From Utricularia gibba (taxonomy: Eukaryota; Plantae; Magnoliophyta), in NCBI GenBank assembly GCA_002189035.1, contig CM007990.1, positions 496,001 through 560,000 on the forward strand: DNA of 64,000 nt, read 5' to 3'. The translations under genes were made by a program, and so were the position numbers. Below, piece by piece: positions 54,402 to 64,000 of the stretch (its first letter is position 1; each line of letters starts with the position of its first letter). The notes under the pieces are model-generated. The model had not been told where the DNA came from. It did no database searches and was given only the letters and a program-made list of their open reading frames with translations.

Positions 54402-55396
54402 TGAAATGATGGATTATGCACGAGTCTGATCATTCTAGGCTAGTTTTTGCAGCCTTTCGGCTCCTGTAATTTCTGTGTTTTCAGTTCACTCAAGTGTAGT
54501 GGAGTTAGGAAAACTAGGAAGAGCTTCTGCTGTGAAGTATCCTTCTGTGAAAAAGTTACTCGATCATGAGGATTCATATGTCATGTTCACGGAATTGCAC
54601 TTTAGTTGTTCCACGCTTGTCTAGAATCTGAATCCATCGACATGATCGGTTCTAACTCATTCATACTATGAGTTCTACCTGCAGTTCATATGCCCTGGCC
54701 CTGGATCTGGCCTCCCCCGGATCCTATCTGAACCATCACTTGTCACCATCGAACCTCCAATCTTGCCCAAGTCCTCACCTTTTATCCAGCCCAAACTCTG
54801 CTTCAATCGGTTCTTAAGATGTACAAGGGTGTGGCTTCACTGTCAACGAAAGGTTGTCAGCAGCATCCCCTTAGAGTCATCCTCAGTGGTCCTGAAGTCC
54901 ATTGCTACATCCTGTTTGGCAATGAAACAGAAGCTTAGCTGACACTGCGTTGGCAGCATTAATCAAGCATGGGAATGAAAACTAGGAATGTTTGTCCTTA
55001 TAATAGACTTAGCGAGCAGCTGCTAGAATTATATGCAGTCAGATGGCTGGAACAGCCTGTTTGAGAGTCACCTGTCTTAAATAAATTTTTACCTTGAGAT
55101 TTTCACCTTATGATGGATCATGAAACATCCATGCAATAGACCACCCCTTTCTTTTTATCTGTCTTCCCTCCACTCAAGGACCACATGAGTTTGTCTGTTC
55201 TTGTACAGCACAGAGATGTGCTGGTTGCCGACAATGCATATCCTCCCAGTTGAAGTGTAACGGCTCTAAAGAGATTCCTGTGATCCTGACTGGGATTCTT
55301 CCTCCCAGCGATGTGAGTATGACATGAAGCAGTACATTGCATTCATATGCGCCTTCATCACCCCAGCATGATGCATAGAGATGGGACGAGGCTGAC

Positions 55397-55403
55397 TATA
55401 TAA
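55397..55403 (+). promoter_or_regulatory. TATA box of the CCL-motif gene
   Basis: TATATAA about 55 nt upstream of ATG 55452. Confidence 0.55.
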
Positions 55404-55451
55404 GAACCCCAAGCTGGAGCTTTTCTCAGCATTCCTAAAAGGGGTTTGTGA

Positions 55452-56260
55452 ATGATTCATAACAGATCAGAGGAGCCTTCAAGCACGATGCGTACTCGAG
55501 GTGAGAAACGGCTTCTCACCTGTTATTCGAATGATTCACCTTGCTGCGTGTATGTATGCTAATTCACTGAATCTGCTCTCAGATGAAGGCAAGTCAAGGA
55601 GGACGCTTAGAGTGGTGGAGGAAAGCGACCTGAACTGCTCAAGCTTGAACCTTTTGTGCTTCCTGAGAGGAAAAGACTGCAAGGCTTCATTCAACAGAAT
55701 GAAGAAGGAAAATGCCAAACACAGAGTTCTTCCGATCACTGATCTAACTCATTCAACAAACACAAAGATTCAGTACCTCGACAGGGATGAAAAGGTCAGG
55801 GGGAACAACCGAATGAATCCGATCTTGAGGATGAAGGAGCTGGTGAACACGACAACAGTAGCTAGGGGAGAAAGACGTCACACTAAAAAGGTACGCACAT
55901 GATGCATTCAAATAGATTTCCATACAGAAGGAATTCTTTGCAGGCAAGTAATGAAAGAAACTATTAATATGAAACACAGGTGCTGCATTCCAAGTCCAAA
56001 GCGGGTTTAAAGTCTACGCCAGGGAAAGAAGAATCTCCTAAGAGCAGTATGAAATGGGGCACGGACTCCTCCATGTACTCTGCAATATCTAATGAAATGG
56101 AGTTCACCTCCCGAGATGAATTTATTGGTCTAGGAGGAAACTGGATAACAACTGATTCCGAATGTAAGCATTCTTGGCATCATTTGATAGAACAACTTAC
56201 ACATGCTGATCTAATCCTAGATGTTCCTCTGTTGTACCAGATGTTGTGCTCGAGCTGTGA
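55452..56260 (+). CDS. Protein ending in a LAZY-type CCL motif (4 exons)
   Basis: MIHNRSEEPSSTMRTR|DEGKSRRTLRVVEESDL...HTKK|VLHSK...GGNWITTDSE|YVVLEL*; GT-AG introns with consistent phases. Confidence 0.75.
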
Positions 56261-56519
56261 AGGTTACTCAAGGCAGTATTGGAAGATAGAAGTAGCTAGA
56301 ATTCTTCATTTCACCTTTTTGTTGCCATATACAAATGCTCCACCAAACTTAGGAATAAAATCCTTCAAACTAAGGCAGGAGGAAAGGTTGCTTTTCATGT
56401 GTACTCGGGCAGGTCATTAATCATGGAACTAAACGAAACGCACTGATCCTAGAAAAAGGTACATCTTGACAGTTCGAATTCATGCTGAAGGAATAGAGGC
56501 TGGCAAAGCCATCAAAAAA

Positions 56520-57037
56520 TTAAAGCTTCAGGTGAAGATTCCTGTACCGATCTCACAAAATTGCAAGAAAAGGTGAACTTGATGAATAAACTTACCACCA
56601 GGCATGATCTTCATCAGTGAATGCATACGGTGATTTCGAGGAAGGGATATGGCTGATCTTCGTGTTCAGCATCCCCATCTGTCTCCTCTTCTTGGTGCCC
56701 TGAACCCTGAAAACGACAGAATTAACACCAATCGTCATAAAAAATGGCAACCAAAACGCATCACCGATTGATTAAAAAAAAAAAACTAATCAGATAAACT
56801 ACTTCTTCCTCAGCAGCCCCTGTTGCTCTTGCTCTCTGCAAATTATTTTCCCCACAACGTACTATCACGAAATTTACAGATTAAGCACTGAGGCATCCCT
56901 TAACATCACTTCTGCTTCCAAATGGCAAACGGCCACCGGCACTCGTAGGGTTTCCTTACAAACGGAGTTCAAGAACAAGGTTTCCAGAACGCCACCACCG
57001 CCCGCGGCCGGAGATCTTTCGCAGCTGAAAGCCCCAT
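56520..57037 (-). other. Unidentified small spliced locus (4 phase-consistent exons; in-frame TGA at 56969-56971)
   Basis: Internal exons of 33 and 111 nt flanked by AG/GT join in phase 2 to give ...WKQKEQEQQGLLRKKVQGTKKRRQMGMLNTKISHIPSSKSPYAFTDEDHAWWNLHLKL*; site II motifs upstream. Confidence 0.4.
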
Positions 57038-57432
57038 CTACCCAAAACGTCCTTTTCATGGGCCCAGACTACTCGCACAACAACCGGGGCCCAGACCAGT
57101 ATCTTAAATTTTGACTAAATAGGAATTAAAATTATTTAAATTTTGTTACTTTCTTTTAACTATAAATTTCGTTTTTAAATCTTATATTTCGCGGTTGTCG
57201 ATTCATGATTTCTAAGTTAGGGGTATATTTGTCTTTTAATCTCACAATTCATTGAAATCCGGCCGTACAAAAAATGAATATCATGGCATCAATGTACCGT
57301 ACAAAAATCCCCTTCCCGGGGTTGAACAAATCGGTGGAAGGCATCCACGGCGGTGGAACGGGCTGGTCTCCGGCGACTGGGAGGGGGATTCCGTCCGGGG
57401 AGCCTTCAAGACGCATGGCCCCGGGAATGTAT

Positions 57433-60400
57433 TCACAGCGTGACGTCCACTTTTACAGATGAATCAGTAAATACTATACCTTTGGTGTTCTCTGCTTTTG
57501 GGTGATCTTCAGTTTCAAACTTGAGTCGCACTTGCATCGTCCTCACAAAGATGACTTCTTCTATCGCCCTTTGGCTCACCAACAACGATCTGATCAGCAG
57601 ATCCCGCTTTGAGGCCCGCTTCGGCTCCAAGATGTCGCCTATCCTCTCGGCTTTCTTCTGCGGCGTGTTGAGATGTGAACCTTCCTTCTCTTGGAGTCTC
57701 AGATAAAGGGCAGCCTGGATGATTGCCTGGGATGAGGAAGATACAAAGATCAGAGCCACCAAGATTAGCAGGATTCAGGGATGAAGTGGTTTGCAGTGTG
57801 TGCAGCCACCTCGCTGGTTCCGGGGCTGATTTTGATGGTGCGCTGGATACGGAGTCTCCCATCTTGCACCTCCTCCAAGCTTCGTTTGTCTTGTTGGATG
57901 TCTTGTTTGGTTGATTCTTCTTGTTCGAACACGAGATTATCGAGTTCATCGTACCACTGTTGAGCAAGGCTTGCCTGAAGATGGATGGCACTCCAAATCA
58001 AGCAAGCAACTACACCAAGAGTGAAAATACTGAAGAAGGGAAAGCGTTCTCTTACCTTTTCTGAAGACTGCTCCTTGCTCTCTTCTCCCGAAACTTCAAT
58101 GGCAGCTCCTCTAACTTGACACCAGACAGACCCTTCTTTTGGATGCTCGACTAGAGAGCTGTCTTGAGGGATATCGACATTCAATTCTATGGTAACAATC
58201 CCTAGTAGGACAGCAAGATTCTGTTAAGTCAAGTCACTCTGAGGCAGCAACATTAAGATCACTGCAGTCATCCAGGCAATGATATGCTAACGCTAGAAAT
58301 GGTGGACATGGAAGAGGAAATATACCAGGCAATAATTTAAAGCATTGTGTATAATCAGCATCAGGGGTATCATAACTGTCAACAGAAGGAAGAAAATGAT
58401 GGTATAAGAGAACAGCAATCTGAAGTTAATACTCCATGCTCTTTCTTACTCACACAGAATATACTCTTTCCAGAGAGGATGTGAGCCAGTAAGGAAGCCC
58501 AAGAACTCCGAAGTTTGAAAATTGAAAGCTTTCTGGCGATGTAGATCCCTTCTTGAACTTAACTACGGCTTGCCCAACTTCAACAACGACTAATCAATGT
58601 TACATGGATACGAGTGCAACAGGAGGGTAAGCTACTGTGTAATAGCGTACCGGCATCGCAGAATATTATGTTGTCAAGATGTTTAGCAAAAGAAGATATG
58701 ACAGCTGCACATGGAATCTGTGTTTTTGGGTAACTCAAAGCAAGTTGATGGTGTAGCCAATCAGCAGGTATGCTGCTTAGTGGCATGCATTTATCCAGAA
58801 TCATCTGCTGACAAATCTCTGAAATCTTTGAAGATTCTTTCAGGAAAAAGACAAATCAGATGCTGAAGAGCAGGTGAGCATGATATACATAGGAAAGGAA
58901 CCTACCTTTAACAACTTCTTTAACAAAGCCGGCTTTCACATCTACAATCCATAGCAGCTCACAGCTACGAATAAAATACAAGTGAAGGATTAAAACGAAA
59001 AAACAACAATGTGAACGAGATAAAAATTATAAAATCAATAATAGATGTGTTCTACCTCTGATTGAGTACAAAGATTTCGTTGTTAGATGATTTCAGGATA
59101 TGCCAAGGAAGTGAAAATGATTCCAAATTTAACTCTTGAGATTTCAACCTCGGATTTCTTTTCCTCCAAATGTTACTGATGATTCGATTCCACCAACCCT
59201 TACTCTTAGTAGTATCACCATTTGGTTTGATGACAGTCTCCACAACTCTTCTTGACATGTCGGCTCTCCTAATAGCATGGTTCTGTTGTTGAATGAAAAG
59301 AAAAAAGTTCACCACGGGCATAACAGGCGCACAGGAAAGGAAAAACATCAGATCTACTAGATGTACCTCAGAATCCGCAAAATAGAGTATGTCCTCAGAA
59401 GCATCGTACAGAGAAGCAGCAGGTCTCATTAACTTAGCATTTTCAAATTCCCCATCCTCATATCCAGGAGAAGAACCGATCTGAAAAGATGCAAGACTTG
59501 TAATTAAAACATTTTCGGTCTGGCATAAGTTCACAAAGAAATCACAAAAACGAGGATGCACTTACAGCGTCTAAAAATTTACCATCCTTGTCAAGAGAAA
59601 TAATCCGATGATGATTAACGTCTGATATAAACAATCGATTTCCTGTCTCATCAATGGAAATGCATCCTGAAAATGTGTAACACAAGAATCAATCAGCTAG
59701 AATCCGAAAAAAGAATCCATTTTTCATCTTCCTAATATAGTGCAAAAAAAGGCTTAGAAACTCTATACCAGGGAAAGAAAAAAGCAAGCTGCGCATGGCT
59801 GAACAAACACTAGGTTCCTTGGTAAAGAGGGGTTTGACCCAACTGCCTTTCAAGACATCCACCCCGGCTCCTTTCATATTTTGCGTATTCAAGTCCTTAA
59901 TAGCTGCCATAACACAACAGACAACACGCAGATGTTTATGTCCAAAGTCCAGCTAGTGAGAAAACAATACAATTCCAGAAAAAAAAGCTCATGATTGCAT
60001 GGAAACTCTCAGAATCAAACAGCTTATAATGCCAACAGATTATCCAAATTTAGTATTCCACAAGGAGGGGAAACAAAAACGAAAGATTGATACCACGGTC
60101 AAGCAACTTGATATCATCACTGTCACCCGGGTAGACTGCATGTTTCTTCAAGCCATCAAATATCAAGTAGCAAGGTATGCTTTCCATCTATTGAAAAAAA
60201 AAAGAAAAAAATGACTACGAATATCAAAGATGATGGTAGAAAGAGCATATAAAATAACGAATATCAAATGATCGGTACTCCAGATGCCTTGAGACTGAAT
60301 ACCAAAACACAGAGCTTTACAATCAAAACTGAGCTAACAAGCATGAAGTACTCTACCTAGCTGGATATGAATGATTCCAAAGACAGTGCAATTCAAAACT

Positions 60401-61563
60401 GTTCTGAAAAACATTTTTGGAAAGCTAGTATCATAAGCCACTAAAAAGTGCAAAATATCACCCTAGTAAAATGGCCTATTTTGAGAAACTGGAACTCCAG
60501 TTTTCAGGGCTTCCGAAAGGAAAAGCATAAACTCCAGAAAAATTTACGGAACAAGTTTCATAGTTTATAAAACTGGATAGCATTTATGCAAAGGAGGGCC
60601 TCACAAACCTGGTAAGCATTCTTGTTACAAAGCAAGATGGGAAACGTAACATATTCCTTCATGATTCTCCAAATCATATTTGAAGAAATGTCATGGCAGC
60701 ACTTAGGCTCGGTATACTGTAAAGCCAAAACTTGAAGGAAAGAATACCTATGGAATCAATGATGATTAGAAAATCAGGTATCAGCTCTTTCGCCTAGAAT
60801 TTAGACAAGCCTAGTCAATCCCATATACATCAATGCCGTGATACCTCTGCTGAAGTAATTTTGCATTCGCGAACATTTTAACAGCATGCTGACTAGCTTC
60901 CAAAGAAGACTCAAAATACTCACCCACAAGAACTAAGAAAACCCCCTTTTCCTTCAAAATATTCCCGCTTTCTACATTCACGTTGAACCAGCAATGAGAA
61001 TCACCTGAAAATTTACACCGTTAGAGCATTTGGAACATACTAAACCATGCATCGTGGATAGGCGCAGCACCTCAACCTCTAGGATGATGAAGCGACGATC
61101 CAATGAAGGTCATCAAATCATCGACTTTCGACAAATTCGGATGCTCTGTATCTGGAAAACTACCATACCTGACAAGGCTGTCACTTACCTATTAGAATCA
61201 ATGGAAAACTGAAAAGGCGAAAATTTCCAATTAACAAAAAGAAAAAAAAAACAAACAAAAAGTCGACACCCACCTCTGCACTTGGAAGCCCACAATCCCA
61301 AAACTCCGAGTCTTTGCAGTCCAAGACGCATTTAAATGGTAATTCGCTGAAAAATTGCTTCCTGCACCATATAACACAACGTAAAAAGAACTTCACCAAA
61401 TTATGAAAATGCATGCCAAACGAATAACTCATCAACGGAAAGCCTAACTTGCAAAAATAACTATCCAAAACGAAAAACACCCTGTGATTCATTATGCCTT
61501 ACCAAGAAAATGACTTCTGGGTAGAGCACACAATATACGGCGAGTTCCTTGTCTGAAGTACAT
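57433..61563 (-). CDS. NHL-repeat-containing protein 2-like (multi-exon)
   Basis: IGSSPGYEDGEFENAKLMRPAASLY...LYFADSE|NHAIRRADM; QQWYDELDNL; SPGTSE|AIIQAALYLRL; DHPKAENTKGIVFTDSSVKVDVTL*; ATG 61563. Confidence 0.88.
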
Positions 61564-62423
61564 TCCGAGGCACGGAGACGTTCGTTCTTGAACCAGAACT
61601 CGGCCGCGTATTTTAGCAACAACAGAAATGGCAAGACTTTTGCAGGGTTTAATTCGCTTTCCTGTCTTGACTCTCGTCCTTGAGCAGTTCACAATCGAGA
61701 CGTGGGCTGTAAGGTTTGGGCCTCATTAATGGGCCTTTGTTTATGGGCCCAATAAGTAGATTATAAGGAGGCCGTTTCGCCATCAAACATGCTCCGTTGA
61801 AATTGGGCCCTGAAATCAGATCATGGTATCAGTGTACGGATGTTAACTGAAGCTTACTCCGTGTCCAAAGGTCGGACCACATTTCCTTCGTCACCGATCA
61901 TTCCGTAGCTCTCTGTTCTTAAGTTTCTTTCTTTCGAGGGCTTGGAGAGTTCTGCACTTCTTTTTTTTTAAAGAATTGCGATTCGATAATGATTCGCTGA
62001 ATGCTTGAAGCTTCTCTGGGAATGGGTATCGACATCGAGAGCTTTCATTTGGCTTTTGATTAAGCAAATTTCGAACTTGGGGTGTTGATGTGGAGAAGAG
62101 CGAGGAGTTAATCGTTTTCATTGAGAAAGAAGGTTTGATTTTGTTTCTACTAGTTGTTTCTTTTGGAGTTATTGTTGTTAAGTGAAGTGAACATTATCTG
62201 CTTCCATGTTCATGGTTTGAGTTCGAATTCTGTGTTTACAAGCTTGGATCTGTCTGGGATCTTTGGTGGGAGTCTGATCTGTTAGCGGGTTGGATGATGT
62301 GCATGTTAGCTGGTTGAAAATTGTGATAAATAAGCTGATACATTATTTATTTATTTTTTTCTTTGACAGAGAAGTTCTTGAGAAAAGTAAGGGTGTTTGG
62401 AGTCCTTTCTTGGTTTGGCAGAC

Positions 62424-64000
62424 ATGGCGCAGAGTAACTGGGAAGCTGATAAGATGTATGGAACTTGAACTTTTAATTTCTCCCACATCTCAAGGATTCA
62501 TTTTAATGATTTAAATGTACTTGTATTTTCATCATGCCCGACCGGCGTGACGCATTTTTCGATTTATTTCAAAGCCATCGATGCCGATGAATGATTTTTC
62601 ATTTTCTGAACAGGCTTGATGTCTACATTCATGATTATCTGCTGAAGAGAAAGTTGCATAATTCTGCAAAAGCTTTCATGACAGAAGGAAAAGTAGCAGC
62701 TGATCCTGTTGGTAAGGAGTGTTTCTGTCAAACGGGGGTATTCCTGAAACCGTCAGGACTTTTTCCTCATTTTTTTTGGAAAATAAACCTTATCAGTTTC
62801 CTTGGACTCGGTTCTGAACTATATTGTAGCTATTGATGCACCTGGAGGATTTCTCTTTGAGTGGTGGTCTGTCTTCTGGGATATTTTTATTGCAAGAACA
62901 AATGAGAAGCATTCTGAGGCAGCTGCAGCATATATTGAGGTTTCAATTTTTTTTTTCTAAATGCATTTTTTGTTCTTATATGATTTTGTGCCGTTTGATT
63001 TACTTGTGATGCAAATAATTTTAGACACAGCATCTAAAAGCGAAAGAACAGCAGCTGCAACTGCAGCAGTTGCAACTTATGCAGCAGCACAATTTGCAGC
63101 GAAGGGATCCCAACCATTCTCCATTGGGTCCCTTGTCCTCTGATGGAATTATCGGGCAACAATCTGCAAGTTTGTTAGCTATGAAAATGTATGAAGAACG
63201 AATGAAACACCCAAATTCCATGGATTTGGATGCAACTTCAGGCCTAATGGATCCCAATCGGATGGCACTTCTAAAGGCGCAATCAACTCAACAAGGGTGA
63301 GTTTTCTTAAAAAATAAATGGCAAGTGTTGAAGAGTAATGAGTCATTTTTTTGTACTATCATTGGCTCAGACAAATGATGCAAGGAAACTCTGGGAGCAT
63401 GTCTGCCGCTTTGCAGCAAATACAAGGGCGGCCACAGCTTGCGAATGTAAGAGTACACTTCTTTCTCTCTGCTTTTCTCTGCTTTTTTGGTGGCAATGAA
63501 TCAATACGTACATATTTTCGGTAGGATGTCAAACCAGAAGTTAACTTCGGTGCCACACAGAAACCTCTTTCTATGGATCCATCATCCATGTACGGGCAAG
63601 CAATTCTTCAGTCAAAATCTGGACTTGGCAATGCAGGTTTGGGATATATTCGTGACTTTTTTTTTTCTCTGTAATTTGGATCATTTAGAAAATTGCAGAT
63701 GATGACTTATTTTTCATCGGCTATTCACTTTTAGCCTGTTTTTAACGTTTAATGGAGTAACCTACTCATTTCAGGGTTAAACCAAGGAGTAAGTGGCCTT
63801 CCGCTTAAGGGTTGGCCACTGACAGTGAGTTCTCGATGTCCCTGCTTTCCATGTTACCTGTTTTCCATGCCAAAAGGAAGACTAACAAAATCGTCTGATA
63901 TCTGTTAGGGAATCGACCAACTAAGACCAAATATGGGTCTGCAAATGCAGAACCCTGCAGTGCAGTCTCAGAACCAGTTTCTGTTGGCATCACAACAGCA
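62424..64000 (+). CDS. LUH: LEUNIG_HOMOLOG Groucho/TUP1-type corepressor (3' end outside window)
   Basis: [11 protein letters not shown]|[29 protein letters not shown]|[36 protein letters not shown] (LisH/LUFS), followed by a Q-rich region. Confidence 0.96.

Noticed and set aside
54640-55340. Minus-strand coding-like fragments (DVAMDFRTT..., RIRGRPDPGPGH) resembling CEP/CLE/RGF peptides
   Set aside because: The motifs do not fit the consensus, there is no signal-peptide ORF in frame, and several stops intervene.
57740-57810. Apparent frameshift between ORFs 57765-58184 and 57433-57762
   Set aside because: Explained by an ordinary GT-AG intron (SPGTSE|AIIQAALYLRL) in the NHL gene.

Overview
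Gene-dense angiosperm nuclear DNA with about 25 intron-containing protein-coding loci in 64 kb, short introns, AT-rich spacers and no intact transposon. A very compact genome such as Lentibulariaceae is a guess only. Genes in order: mitochondrial TatB (5'-truncated); a head-to-head Aux/IAA pair; PsbW; GAUT5/6-like GT8; pfkB kinase; potato inhibitor I; USE1 SNARE; ribophorin II; MRL7/RCB; a WRC-like protein; BARD1; JASON-like; PHR1-like; RPL23; a third Aux/IAA; a cupin; YUCCA; TRM (DUF3741/DUF4378); a C2H2 zinc finger; LSM5; a LAZY CCL-motif-only protein; an unknown small spliced locus; an NHL protein; and LUH (3'-truncated). Three remnants are not evident from the ORF track: a decayed NECAP, a GSNOR/ADH3 gene collapsed by a large internal deletion but with intact splice sites, and an array of one RFL-type PPR motif. 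Five otherwise intact genes each lack exactly one base, in every case with a G/C homopolymer at the likely site, most likely assembly error. All family assignments come from my recognition of hand-translated sequence; no database search was run.
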